This document shows positions 11,269 through 21,856 of a stretch of 64,000 bases of DNA, piece after piece (within the stretch, counting starts at the first letter, position 1; each line of letters starts with the position of its first letter). A program made the translations under genes and the position numbers. The DNA lies in contig CAVVOP010000017.1 in NCBI GenBank assembly GCA_963749915.1, positions 32,001 to 96,000 of the forward strand, read 5' to 3'. The notes under the pieces are model-generated. The model made no database searches. It was given only the letters and a program-made list of their open reading frames with translations, and was not told where the DNA came from. The DNA is from an uncultured cyanobacterium (GTDB lineage Bacteria; Cyanobacteriota; Cyanobacteriia; Cyanobacteriales; Cyanobacteriaceae).

Positions 11269-11988
11269 TTGTTAACATTAGGGGTTAATATTGACCATGT
11301 TGCCACTATTCGTCAGGCTAGACGTACAATTGAACCTGATCCGGTTTCAGCGGCCATGTTAGCGGAATTAGCAGGTGCTGATGGTATTACTACCCATTTA
11401 CGGGAAGATAGACGCCATATTCAAGATCGAGATGTACGTATTTTGCGCGAAACTGTTCGAACTCATCTTAATCTGGAAATGGCTGCTACCGAGGAAATGA
11501 TTGCCATCGCCCTTGATATAAAACCTGATTATGTCACCCTAGTACCAGAGAAAAGGGAGGAAGTGACAACGGAAGGTGGCATCGATATAGTCAAAAATCT
11601 TGACAGATTCACCGCTGTAGTAGATCAGTTGCAATCGGCTGATATTCCTGTGAGTTGGTTTATTGACGCGGATGAGGCACAAATTACTGCCGCCGCTAAA
11701 ACTCAAGCTAAATTCATCGAATTGCACACAGGTAAATATGCCGATGCCGTTAGTGAAAACTTGAGAAAACAAGAGTTAATTACTTTGCAACAAGGAGCAA
11801 AACAGGCTCTGGAATTGGGTTTAAGGATAAATGCAGGGCATGGTTTAACCTATTGGAATGTTTATCCTGTGGCTTGCATTCCGGCCATGGAAGAATTGAA
11901 TATAGGACATAGTATAATTAGTAGAGCAGTTTTAGTTGGTTTAGAACGTGCTGTTAAAGAAATGAAACAAGCTATCATAAACCGTTAA
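11269..11988 (+). CDS. pdxJ: Pyridoxine 5'-phosphate synthase
   Basis: [41 protein letters not shown] Shine-Dalgarno before the TTG start. Confidence 0.98.
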   Translation: MLTLGVNIDHVATIRQARRTIEPDPVSAAMLAELAGADGITTHLREDRRHIQDRDVRILRETVRTHLNLEMAATEEMIAIALDIKPDYVTLVPEKREEVTTEGGIDIVKNLDRFTAVVDQLQSADIPVSWFIDADEAQITAAAKTQAKFIELHTGKYADAVSENLRKQELITLQQGAKQALELGLRINAGHGLTYWNVYPVACIPAMEELNIGHSIISRAVLVGLERAVKEMKQAIINR

Positions 11989-12034
11989 CAATTAATAGCT
12001 CCTTTTTTAGTACATACAATAATTAAATAGATTT

Positions 12035-12367
12035 ATGACTACTTATTATTATCTTGTCGCTAGTGAAAATTTTTTAACCAGTGATAGTGAAAATCTACAC
12101 GAAATTTTGGACGAAAAACGCCGATTCTATAAAGATAAAAATACAGAAATTGACTTTTGGTTTATCAAACAACCTGCTTTTTTAGATGCTCCAGAATTGG
12201 CAGAAATTAAAGCGGAATGTCCTCAACCTGCCGCCGCTGTTATTTCTTTGAATAAACAATGGATTACTTTCTTAAAATTGCGTTTAGAGTATGTCATCAC
12301 AGGAGAATTTCAAGCTCCTTCCGATACTATTCCTGATGCTTTAGCGTCCTCAGCTGTAACGGTTTGA
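12035..12367 (+). CDS. ycf54: Ycf54, MgPME cyclase accessory protein
   Basis: TTYYYLVASENFL, IDFW, ITFLKLRLEYV. Confidence 0.92.
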   Translation: MTTYYYLVASENFLTSDSENLHEILDEKRRFYKDKNTEIDFWFIKQPAFLDAPELAEIKAECPQPAAAVISLNKQWITFLKLRLEYVITGEFQAPSDTIPDALASSAVTV

Positions 12368-12388
12368 TAATTAATTATTGATCTCTAA

Positions 12389-12412
12389 CCCCCAAATTTG
12401 GGGGATTTTTTT
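12389..12412 (+). terminator. Probable intrinsic terminator after ycf54
   Basis: cccccaaatttggggg hairpin followed by a T7 run. Confidence 0.6.
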
Positions 12413-12465
12413 GATAAAAATAGGAAAATAAGAAAGAAAAGAAAAGGACAATATAATAGTATAAT

Positions 12466-14622
12466 TTACACGATTTCATAAACGAAATTAAATGTAACCC
12501 AGTGGTTTAAATCTAAGGCATAAACATCACTTAAATTACTAACTAAATTATTACTAATATTACTACCAAAATGTAAATCTTCTAAAACAGCTTTAGTAAT
12601 CATGATCGGATTCTCTAATAAAATTATTTGTTCCGTATCTGGTTTCAGATTAGTATTTCTATATAGTTGATTAAGGGTTTGATGAAAGGGTGATTTCGCA
12701 CAAATTAAAATTAATTCTCCTATGGCTTTATCAGCATTAACTATCCATTTTAAAGTATTAGAATTTTCTGGAATTGTTATGGTTTTTTTCGTATTAATCA
12801 TCCCTCCATTAGGCAAAAAATAAGTGAATGCTAGTCGAGAAGAATTAATTCCTAGTAATAAATAGTATAAATCATAATCATTTTCATTATCAATAGTAAT
12901 AGTAAATTCACTGCCAAAAGGAATATTTATTAATAACTGTTTATCAGGAGTAGAATATTTTTTAAAGGAATTATCAACAGATTTAAAGTTGCTAGAACTA
13001 CTTTGATAATGAGTTACTTTAATTTGATTATTTTGAAGGATATCTAACTTAAGATTAACGGGTAAAAAGGACGAATATTGATTAAAAGTTAAGTTTAATA
13101 ATTTTTGTGTTAAAGCAATTTTCAATGAAGGTATTAAATGTTTAACAGCAGAAGAAACCGCCTCATTATCCGCCTTTGGATTCGTATTCGCTAATAAAAT
13201 ATCTGCAGAGGTGAATAAACTATAACCATCAATGGAAGTATTTTTATCGGTAAATTTACCAAAAATTAAATCGACGAAGTTATCCTCTACATTAACTACA
13301 GATTCTATCTCATTAATTGCACTTAAAGCGCTAGTAGCGTCGACTTTTTCTATTTTTTCAAGGCTATCATCAAAAGCAATATTTAAGCCAGTATTTCGGT
13401 CGATAACCCTTAAAGATTCCCGTAAGATTAAACCAGGATGAATTGAGTTTTTATTACTTGTAATCAAAGTACCTTTTGCCTTATTTCCTAGTAAAGAATT
13501 TATTTGAATAGTAACAGTTTTTCCCGCCTCAATGTTAGTTGTAAAGCACGAATTTAAGCCATAGTTTAATAATAGTAATAATGATAACCCAACTAATTCT
13601 AATTCTATTATATTTGGTTCAATAATATTAGTGATGACCGCATCCCCTTGATGACGAAAAGATTCTAGGGGTAAATGATAGGGTAAATGATTGGTTTTAT
13701 TATCGTCTTGAAAATTTAATCCCCCACTCTTCCCTCTATATAAAGCTATCTGGGAAGCAACTTTCTTCATTAATGTTAAGTTATCGGTTAAGGGCAAATT
13801 TTCCCATAAAGATTGAGTTAAACTATAAGTAAATAAGCCAACATTAAAGTTAATACTTCTAACTTCTAAGGCTAAACCATCCACAAATGGCCCTAAGATT
13901 AACCCTGATAATTCACTATTTTTTTTATTAACTAAAGTTTTGTTTCGATTATCTTTTTGTAAATTTTTATTAAGGATTAATTCCCTTTTACTAATAACTA
14001 AATTACTTTGAGATGGGTAGGCTCGGGATAATAGTTGATTACCAACAGATAGAGGAAAAGAATTAAAACTTGTATCGAAAATAAAGGTATATTTATTAGT
14101 TTTAAAAGATGATGCTAATTGCTTAAAAGTGTCTAATAAAATATCATCAACAATATAACCCTCCGATTTAATACTATCATGGGTAATTAAACTATTAACC
14201 TTCGTCAAATCACTTTCATTATTATTCAATTTTACTTGTCTGCCATAACCACTAAAATGAAAAATCACCACATCATTATTTTCAGCTTGTTTAACTAAAT
14301 GCTCTTCAAAAGCTGTTAGAATATTTTCCCTGGTAGCCTCACGATCGATTAGGGTAATAATATTATTCGGTGAAAAATCGAAACGGTGAATCAATAGTTC
14401 TTTTTGTAACTCAACATCAGTAGTGCATCCCCGTAAACCCCTCCCCTGAGAATATTGATTAATGCCGACTAATAAAGCTAATTTTCGTGAAGTCGATGCA
14501 CTTAAAATTTCGCCATAGGCATTTAAGTGATATTTAGAAAGAGAGATATTACCCCAAAATCCTCCTAAGGAAGCGATACTTAAACCTGCACCTTGCAAAA
14601 AATTACGTCTGGAAAATTTCAT
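12466..14622 (-). CDS. Caspase-family (orthocaspase-like, C14) protein with Tat-like signal, substituted catalytic dyad and DUF4384-like C-terminus
   Basis: SRRNFL, KLALLVGINQY, LRGCTTDV, ATRENI, FHFSGYG (Tyr at the His position), FDTSF (Ser at the Cys position). Confidence 0.85.
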   Translation of the reverse strand: MKFSRRNFLQGAGLSIASLGGFWGNISLSKYHLNAYGEILSASTSRKLALLVGINQYSQGRGLRGCTTDVELQKELLIHRFDFSPNNIITLIDREATRENILTAFEEHLVKQAENNDVVIFHFSGYGRQVKLNNNESDLTKVNSLITHDSIKSEGYIVDDILLDTFKQLASSFKTNKYTFIFDTSFNSFPLSVGNQLLSRAYPSQSNLVISKRELILNKNLQKDNRNKTLVNKKNSELSGLILGPFVDGLALEVRSINFNVGLFTYSLTQSLWENLPLTDNLTLMKKVASQIALYRGKSGGLNFQDDNKTNHLPYHLPLESFRHQGDAVITNIIEPNIIELELVGLSLLLLLNYGLNSCFTTNIEAGKTVTIQINSLLGNKAKGTLITSNKNSIHPGLILRESLRVIDRNTGLNIAFDDSLEKIEKVDATSALSAINEIESVVNVEDNFVDLIFGKFTDKNTSIDGYSLFTSADILLANTNPKADNEAVSSAVKHLIPSLKIALTQKLLNLTFNQYSSFLPVNLKLDILQNNQIKVTHYQSSSSNFKSVDNSFKKYSTPDKQLLINIPFGSEFTITIDNENDYDLYYLLLGINSSRLAFTYFLPNGGMINTKKTITIPENSNTLKWIVNADKAIGELILICAKSPFHQTLNQLYRNTNLKPDTEQIILLENPIMITKAVLEDLHFGSNISNNLVSNLSDVYALDLNHWVTFNFVYEIV

Positions 14623-14740
14623 GATTGAGTTTTGCCGCTAAAATGGATACCAATAGCTATCTACTAAATTAATCCTATCAAAATAACGATCTCTTATAAT
14701 CGAATGGCACTGACTTAAGGTTTTTCTCGTGCCGCAGCTA

Positions 14741-14833
14741 GTGGTCTGTCAAGATAGTTTTGAGGGACTGGGAACGGATAATTTTGGATTTTGGAGGATT
14801 GTTTTATCCCTCATTTCAAAATTGGCAGACCAC
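14741..14833 (+). mobile_element. MITE copy 2 (93 bp)
   Basis: TA-GTGGTCTGTCAA...TTGGCAGACCAC-TA; the inverted symmetry extends outward to AGCT on both sides. Confidence 0.85.
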
Positions 14834-15035
14834 TAGCTTTTGTTTAAGAATTGCTCGAGGCTCGTTCATCAGAGGAAAAGCCTTCGGACGTCGTTTTCGT
14901 TTTCTGAGAGATATCTTTCAAATTTTAATTTGGGCCGTCAGGGGGGGGATCGCAATCTGTAGGTAAAACTTTGACAACTATTGATTGTCTGCTACCATTG
15001 TAAATGAAAGATTTAAAAAGTAGAAAATCAACATC

Positions 15036-16328
15036 ATGATCTCAAAGGTGATCAATACTTTCTTTAATCTGTTCAAGCAAAAATTAAGATTTATTAGCCT
15101 TTTATTTTTAATAGTTTTTGTAATCTTGGCTGTATCTAATTTAAGTTCAAGTCAAGAACGGATAAAAATTACAGTAATGCTTCAAGCACTAGAGGCTCGC
15201 CAATGGCAGTCTTTGGTAACAAAATTTGAACAGGAAAACCCAGATATTGAAATAGAAATTATATCTGCACCGAATGCCACTAATTTAGTAGAAGACCTTT
15301 ACACTTCAGCTTTTTTATTAGGGGATTCTCCCTATGATTTAGTGTATCTCGATATTGTTTGGGTGCAGAAATTCGCTGCCGCAAAATGGTTAAAATCCCT
15401 GGATGAATTTGTTACCGACAGTGAACTTCAAGCATTTTTAAAGGGGGACATTGAAGGGGGAAAATATCAAAATGTCCTTTATCGAATGCCTTTCCGTTCT
15501 GATGGTGGCATGCTTTATTACCGAAGTGATTTACTGGCAGAAAATGGTTACAACCCTCCCGACACTTTTGAGGAATTAATGACCATTTCCCTAGATTTGC
15601 AAAATAAAAATGTTGCCCGATGGGGTTATGCTTGGCAGGGACGACAATATGAAGGACTCTCCGCTATGTTTGTCGAAATTTTAGAAGGATTTGGTGGTTT
15701 TTGGATTAACCCCAACACCTTTGATGTAGGTTTAGATTCTGAAGAAGCGATTGCCGGGGTCAAATTTTTATTGAAAACTATCGAACAAGGTGTTTCACCC
15801 CCGGGAGTAACTACTTATGCAGAAGAAGAAACTCGCCGACTTTTCCAAGGAGGAGAGGCAGTATTTTTGCGCAATTGGCCTTATGTGGCCGGTTTAGCGT
15901 CACAATCGGAAATAGCAGGTAAATTCGCCCTTAAGCCAATGGTACACCAAGCTAATCATCAAAGTGGTGCTTGTCAGGGTGGGTGGGGTTTTGGCATTTC
16001 CGCTTCGAGTCTTCATCCTCAAGAGGCATGGCGTTTTATTGAGTTTATGACTAGTGAAAAGAGTCAACGAGAATTTATATTGGAAACTGGTTATGTTCCT
16101 AGTCGGCGATCGCTATTTAACGATGCTAAAATCGTGGCTAAATACGATTATTACCCAGAATTGCTCAAAGTTGTTGAAAATTCTACCTTGCGCCCCCCCA
16201 TTGCTCAATATGCACAAGCATCGGACATTTTACAGCGATATTTAAGTGCCGCTTTAACCAAAACCATGATTCCTGAAAAGGCCATGTCCGCCGCCGCTAG
16301 TGAAACTAGGCGATTGTTAAAAAAATAA
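15036..16328 (+). CDS. Carbohydrate ABC transporter substrate-binding protein
   Basis: N-terminal hydrophobic anchor, LYYRSDLL, WQGRQYEGL, FLRNWPY, GGWGFGI. Confidence 0.9.
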   Translation: MISKVINTFFNLFKQKLRFISLLFLIVFVILAVSNLSSSQERIKITVMLQALEARQWQSLVTKFEQENPDIEIEIISAPNATNLVEDLYTSAFLLGDSPYDLVYLDIVWVQKFAAAKWLKSLDEFVTDSELQAFLKGDIEGGKYQNVLYRMPFRSDGGMLYYRSDLLAENGYNPPDTFEELMTISLDLQNKNVARWGYAWQGRQYEGLSAMFVEILEGFGGFWINPNTFDVGLDSEEAIAGVKFLLKTIEQGVSPPGVTTYAEEETRRLFQGGEAVFLRNWPYVAGLASQSEIAGKFALKPMVHQANHQSGACQGGWGFGISASSLHPQEAWRFIEFMTSEKSQREFILETGYVPSRRSLFNDAKIVAKYDYYPELLKVVENSTLRPPIAQYAQASDILQRYLSAALTKTMIPEKAMSAAASETRRLLKK

Positions 16329-16407
16329 ATAGATAGATAGAAGGATAACACTTCAATTTTGCCCTCTGCCCTTCTTTGTATAACCCATAATTAATGTTTT
16401 TAATAAA

Positions 16408-17313
16408 ATGCCAATAACTAATCATGAAAAAGAGAAACAAACAGGATGGTTACTTATTACACCAGCTTTATTTATTCTAGCTCTAGTATTTATTTATCCC
16501 ATTCTTCGATCAATGTGGATGGGTTTTTTTCAGCAGAATTTAGGTACAGAATTAGAACCAGTTTTTGTGGGATTAAGTAACTATAATCGAATCTTCGGTG
16601 ATGGGCGTTTTTGGCAAAGTTTAACTAATACCACCGTCTTTTCTGCCATTAGTATTTTTTTCGAGTTAGTTTTAGGGATGATTTTTGCCCTTATTTTAAA
16701 CCAAGCTTTTTTCGGTAGAGGTTTAGTGCGCACCTTCGCACTCATTCCTTGGGCGTTGCCCACGGCAGTAATGGGTTTAGGGTGGGCATGGATTTTTAAT
16801 GATCAATATGGTGTCATCAATGACCTTTTGATGCGTTTAAACGTAATCCAAGATACCATAACATGGTTGGGTCAACCTACCACTGCGATGTTTTCTCTCA
16901 TTATTGCTGATATTTGGAAAACTACCCCCTTTATTGCCTTAATTTTGCTGGCGGGATTACAATCTATTTCCTCTGACTTATACGAAGCTCATCAAATGGA
17001 TGGTGCAAATTCTTGGCAGAGTTTTTGGAAAATTACCCTTCCCTTATTAACTCCCCAAATTTTAATCGCCCTTTTATTCCGCTTTGCCCAATCCTTCGGG
17101 GTGTTTGACTTAGTACAAGTAATGACAGAAGGAGGTCCTGCTGGGGCAACGGAAACTATCGCTATTTATATTTATGCCACTGTACGTCGTTATTTAGATT
17201 TTGGTTATGGGTCATCTTTGGTTACAATTACATTTTTAATACTGATTTTAGCAGTGGCAATTATTACCTTTTTCTTATCAAAAACACGGATTAATATCTC
17301 AGGAGAAAGATAA
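16408..17313 (+). CDS. Carbohydrate ABC transporter permease 1
   Basis: WKTTPF, LYEAHQMDGA (EAA loop), MTEGGPAGATET. Confidence 0.92.
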   Translation: MPITNHEKEKQTGWLLITPALFILALVFIYPILRSMWMGFFQQNLGTELEPVFVGLSNYNRIFGDGRFWQSLTNTTVFSAISIFFELVLGMIFALILNQAFFGRGLVRTFALIPWALPTAVMGLGWAWIFNDQYGVINDLLMRLNVIQDTITWLGQPTTAMFSLIIADIWKTTPFIALILLAGLQSISSDLYEAHQMDGANSWQSFWKITLPLLTPQILIALLFRFAQSFGVFDLVQVMTEGGPAGATETIAIYIYATVRRYLDFGYGSSLVTITFLILILAVAIITFFLSKTRINISGER

Positions 17314-17316
17314 ATT

Positions 17317-18156
17317 ATGAGTGAAAAAACTAGCAAAGAAAAGCTAATATTATGGAGCGGTATTCTTTTCTTAATCGTATTTTGCCTTGCTCCAGTTTTA
17401 TGGCAAATTTTAACTTCTTTTAAAATCAATGAATCAATTATCAAAATTCCCACTGTTTATTTTCCTCACTTTGATCAATTGACCATTAATCACTATTACA
17501 GTTTAGGGATTATTTTTTTACGTTATATGGTTAATAGCACCATCGTTGCCCTAATTTCAACTATTCTTTGTTTGGCCATTGGTGCACCTGCTGCTTATAC
17601 TTTGTCACGGTTAAAAATACCAGGAGAAAATATTATTATCATTCTCATATTAGTAGTGAGTTTATTCCCTTATGTTTTGCTATTTTTTAGCTTATTAGAA
17701 ATTGTTAAATTTTTCAATTTAGGTAATAACTATTTATCTCTAATTATCCCCTATACGGCTATTAATTTACCTTTAACAATTCTCATTTTACGCAGTTTTT
17801 TCCTGCAATTACCCAAAGATTTAGAAGATTCTGCCCGAATGGATGGTTATCACACAATCCCCATGCTCTTAAAAATTATTTTACCTTTAACGACCCCTGC
17901 CTTAATTACTACGGGAATTTTAGCTTTTATCTTTGCATGGAATGAATTTATTTTTGCTCTAACTTTTATCACCAAAGAATCCTTACAAACTATTCCCGTT
18001 GCTGTCGCTAAAATTGGCGGTTCAAGTGTGTTTGAAATTCCTTACGGTCCAATGGCGGCGGCTACTATTCTTGGCACTTTACCCTTAATTGTTCTTGTTC
18101 TCACCTTCCAAAAAAGGATTATTCAGGGTATTACAGCAGGTGCAGTTAAGGGATAA
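17317..18156 (+). CDS. Carbohydrate ABC transporter permease 2
   Basis: LEDSARMDG, FAWNEF, GITAGAVKG. Confidence 0.92.
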   Translation: MSEKTSKEKLILWSGILFLIVFCLAPVLWQILTSFKINESIIKIPTVYFPHFDQLTINHYYSLGIIFLRYMVNSTIVALISTILCLAIGAPAAYTLSRLKIPGENIIIILILVVSLFPYVLLFFSLLEIVKFFNLGNNYLSLIIPYTAINLPLTILILRSFFLQLPKDLEDSARMDGYHTIPMLLKIILPLTTPALITTGILAFIFAWNEFIFALTFITKESLQTIPVAVAKIGGSSVFEIPYGPMAAATILGTLPLIVLVLTFQKRIIQGITAGAVKG

Positions 18157-18214
18157 ATAATAATCAAAAATTAACAATTAATGATTAATAAATAAAATTA
18201 TAATCAACTATGTA

Positions 18215-19285
18215 ATGGCACTATTAAACTTAAAAAATTTACGCAAACAATTTGCACCAAATGTCATTCCCGTTAAGGACATTTCTTTAACAGTAAATGA
18301 TGGTGAATTTTTGACTCTTTTAGGCCCTTCGGGATGTGGAAAATCAACTTTATTACGTTTAATAGCTGGTTTAGAACAACCCACCAAAGGACAAGTGTTT
18401 GTCGGTGACACAGACTTAACTACCATAGCACCAGGCGATCGCAATATGGCAATGGTATTTCAAAGTTATGCCCTTTACCCTCATATGACGGTAAGGGAAA
18501 ATATCGCTTCCCCTCTCAAAATTCGCAAAACTCCCCCCATAGAAATAAAAAATAGAGTTAGTATGGTGAGCGAAAATTTAGGACTAACCGATTTACTCCA
18601 TCGTAAGCCAGGAAAACTATCGGGAGGACAACGACAACGAGTAGCTTTGGCTCGTGCCTTGGTGAGAAAACCAGAAGTATTTTTACTAGATGAACCCCTC
18701 AGCAATCTGGACGCATTATTGCGGGAACAAGTGCGGGAGGAATTAAAACAACTGTTTGAAAGCCAAAACAAGCCCGTTATCTATGTTACTCATGATCAAA
18801 CCGAAGCAATGACATTATCTACAAAAGTAGCTGTTTTATTGGATGGGATAGTTCAACAATTAGATCCGCCACACCGGATTTATAATCATCCTGCCAACAA
18901 ATTTGTAGCGGGTTTTGTCGGTAGTCCTCGAATGAATTTATTGTCCTTAAAATGTACAAAAAATCAGGCATTTATTGGCGATCATATCATTCCTTTACCC
19001 AATAATTGTTATGATTCAAAGATGATTTATTTAGGCATCCGCCCCGAAGATTTAACTTTAGCAAAGCAAGAGGATCAAGTTATTATAAAAGGAGATGTTT
19101 TTTTAGTAGAGAATTTTGGAAGAGAGCTATTAGTTAGTGTCAAAATTAGGGGTTCAAATGACGTTTTTCGTGTTTTACTTGAACCTTCATTAAGTTGGGA
19201 AAAAGATGGCATTACTTTAGCTTTAAATACCCGTCGTTCACACTGGTTTGACTCAGAAACAGAATTAAGGCTTTTTAATAGATAA
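18215..19285 (+). CDS. Carbohydrate ABC transporter ATPase (MalK-like)
   Basis: GPSGCGKS, VFQSYALYPHM, LSGGQRQR, DEPLSNLD, C-terminal TOBE-like region. Confidence 0.95.
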   Translation: MALLNLKNLRKQFAPNVIPVKDISLTVNDGEFLTLLGPSGCGKSTLLRLIAGLEQPTKGQVFVGDTDLTTIAPGDRNMAMVFQSYALYPHMTVRENIASPLKIRKTPPIEIKNRVSMVSENLGLTDLLHRKPGKLSGGQRQRVALARALVRKPEVFLLDEPLSNLDALLREQVREELKQLFESQNKPVIYVTHDQTEAMTLSTKVAVLLDGIVQQLDPPHRIYNHPANKFVAGFVGSPRMNLLSLKCTKNQAFIGDHIIPLPNNCYDSKMIYLGIRPEDLTLAKQEDQVIIKGDVFLVENFGRELLVSVKIRGSNDVFRVLLEPSLSWEKDGITLALNTRRSHWFDSETELRLFNR

Positions 19286-19568
19286 TCAATTCTTCATGAG
19301 TTTTTATGCTCTGTTGTTCTTTTTCTCCCTTGTCCACTTTACCTCCTTGTCAGCCTTGTCTCACCCCATTCTACCATTACTGTAAAAAAACTGCCCCTGT
19401 GAGGGGGATCACAAGGGTTATCGGTGAATAAGAGGCAGTAAATGTGAAGAATTGTTACAGTTAAAAATCGAGAAAACTTTATCGGAACCTGATTTAAAGA
19501 TTGAGAGTCTAAGAATTTTAGTCGAACTATGTTATAAAAATAAATATAATTAACGGTGAACTCGGATC

Positions 19569-20456
19569 ATGAAACTATTTAAGGATGCTCGTGATTATCA
19601 GATTCTATGTCTAACCTTATTTCTTTGTTTGGGTATTTTTTATCGAGATTGGACTTTACAAATACAAGGGATTTTTTTTACTATCGTTGCTTGTTTATTG
19701 ACTCAAATTGTCTTAAGTTCATGGGTTAAGTTAACAAATATTGAACCTGGTTTTATAATCAATAATCAACTAAATAATAAATTTTCTTGGTTATCGAAAT
19801 TGGATTTGTCTGGAGTTAAAAGTGCATTAATTACTGGTTTAGGTTTATCTCTACTTTTACGATCCAATTATTCTAATATTTTAATGTTGGCTGGTTTTTT
19901 AGCGATCGCTTCTAAATTTATTTTTAACTACCACCAAAAACACTTTTTTAACCCCGCCAATTTTGGCATTATTATCACCATATTATTCACCAAGTCTGCA
20001 TGGGTATCTCCGGGGCAATGGGGTAGTGATTGGTGGTATTTATTATTGTTTATTTGTACTGGTGCTATGGTATTAAATAAGGTGGGAAGATGGGAAACAA
20101 GCGCTATTTTTTTCGTCTTTTATGGAGGTTTAGAGGCTATCTATAATTATTATTTGGGTTGGAATTTTGAAGTCTTAACCCACCAATTAATGAGCGGAAG
20201 TCTATTAGTTTTTGCCTTTTTTATGTTGACAGATCCTCGGTCTATTCCCAACGCTAAAAATAGTCGTATTATTTGGGCGATAACCATTGCTTTTTTAAGT
20301 TTTATTTTGAAAGAAATTTTTTATATAAATAGTGGAGTCTTTTTGGCATTATTTATCATATCACCTCTAACTATTTTGTTTGATTTAATGTTTAAAGGAA
20401 GTCGTTTTCGTTGGCAAAAGTTATCCTTAAACAATAAATTAGAAGTCAATATTTAA
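19569..20456 (+). CDS. RnfD/NqrB-like membrane protein
   Basis: SALITGLGLSLL, KHFFNPANFG, FFMLTDPRS; multiple transmembrane segments. Confidence 0.75.
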   Translation: MKLFKDARDYQILCLTLFLCLGIFYRDWTLQIQGIFFTIVACLLTQIVLSSWVKLTNIEPGFIINNQLNNKFSWLSKLDLSGVKSALITGLGLSLLLRSNYSNILMLAGFLAIASKFIFNYHQKHFFNPANFGIIITILFTKSAWVSPGQWGSDWWYLLLFICTGAMVLNKVGRWETSAIFFVFYGGLEAIYNYYLGWNFEVLTHQLMSGSLLVFAFFMLTDPRSIPNAKNSRIIWAITIAFLSFILKEIFYINSGVFLALFIISPLTILFDLMFKGSRFRWQKLSLNNKLEVNI

Positions 20457-20495
20457 TAACTTTAATTAATCATTATCTATCTACCAAAAAAAAAT

Positions 20496-21803
20496 ATGAA
20501 AAAATACTTAAAAATAATTTCCTGTTTATTATCATTCTTACTCTGTTTTCAACCATCAGCACTAGCTTTTTGTGGATTTTATGTCGGTAAGGCGGACAGT
20601 AAATTATATAATCAGGCTTCCCAAGTCATCCTTGCTCGAAATGGCGATCGCACAGTATTAACCATGGCCAACGACTTTCAAGGAAACGTCAAAGATTTTG
20701 CCTTAGTTGTACCCGTACCAGTACCCATTAAAGAAGATCAGGTGAACATTGGTAACCCCAAAATTTTGGAAAGGTTAGATGCTTTCAGTGCGCCCAGATT
20801 AGTCGAATATTTTGATAGTGATCCTTGCGAACCCGTTTATTATAGGGATGCTATGCCTTCTGCTGGTGTAATGAATCAATCTGCGGAGGGTGCCAGAAAA
20901 CAAAAAAATGAGTCTTTCGGTGTTACTGTGGAAAGTAAATTTACCGTGGGAGAGTACGATATCGTTATCTTAAGTGCTAAAGAATCCGACGGTTTAGAAA
21001 AATGGTTGATTAGTAACGGTTATAATATCCCTAAAGGAGCGAGTGAGTTATTACAGCCTTATATTAGACAACAAATGAAATTTTTTGTCGCCAAAGTAAA
21101 TCTCATGGAGTTGGCCAAATCTGAGTTTCAGTCGTTGCGCCCATTAATGATAGCCTATGAATCGCCAAAATTCATGTTACCTATACGTTTGGGCATGATA
21201 AACAGTCAAAAAGAACAAGATTTAATCGTTTATTTACTTTCCCCCAACGGTGAAACGGAATTAACTAATTATCGCACCGTGAAAGTACCTTCCGACGTGG
21301 ATATACCAGAATTTGTCCAAGGAGAATTTAGCAATTTTTATAAAACCATGTTTAGCCGAAGCTATGAAAAAGAAGGGCGCAAAGTGGCGTTTTTGGAATA
21401 TGCTTGGAATATGGCAAACTGTGATCCTTGTTCTGCTGAACCTTTGAATCCCGATGAATTAAGACAAGCTGGGGTTTTTTGGCAAAATTCCCCCTATGAC
21501 AATAACTTGTTCATCACTCGATTACATATTAGATACGATCGTGCACATTTCCCAGAAGATTTACGATTTCAAAACACTGCCAATCAACAACTATTTCAAG
21601 GGCGTTATGTTATTCGTCATCCTTTCCGTGAGAAAATAACCTGCAATGCGGGAAGGGAATATTCCCAACAGGTAAGAGAAAGACAAGAAAAAGAAGCTCA
21701 AACTTTAGCCAGTTTAACCGGTTGGGACTTGAGCGATATCAAGGCCAAAATTAATTTCTTACAAGCAGAAAATGTACCTTGGTGGCGTAGATTATGGCAG
21801 TGA
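20496..21803 (+). CDS. DUF2330-family exported protein
   Basis: Signal peptide ending ALA-FCGFYV, SAPRLVEYFDSDPC, MLPIRLG, CDPCS. Confidence 0.8.
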   Translation: MKKYLKIISCLLSFLLCFQPSALAFCGFYVGKADSKLYNQASQVILARNGDRTVLTMANDFQGNVKDFALVVPVPVPIKEDQVNIGNPKILERLDAFSAPRLVEYFDSDPCEPVYYRDAMPSAGVMNQSAEGARKQKNESFGVTVESKFTVGEYDIVILSAKESDGLEKWLISNGYNIPKGASELLQPYIRQQMKFFVAKVNLMELAKSEFQSLRPLMIAYESPKFMLPIRLGMINSQKEQDLIVYLLSPNGETELTNYRTVKVPSDVDIPEFVQGEFSNFYKTMFSRSYEKEGRKVAFLEYAWNMANCDPCSAEPLNPDELRQAGVFWQNSPYDNNLFITRLHIRYDRAHFPEDLRFQNTANQQLFQGRYVIRHPFREKITCNAGREYSQQVRERQEKEAQTLASLTGWDLSDIKAKINFLQAENVPWWRRLWQ

Positions 21804-21856
21804 CTGTTCACCATTAGACTTGAATAACTGCTTTATTTATTCTCGATTGTCAATTG

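Noticed and set aside
19443..19459. TGTGA...TTACA as a CRP or NtcA site upstream of the RnfD-like gene
   Set aside because: Spacing fits neither TGTGA-N6-TCACA nor GTA-N8-TAC.
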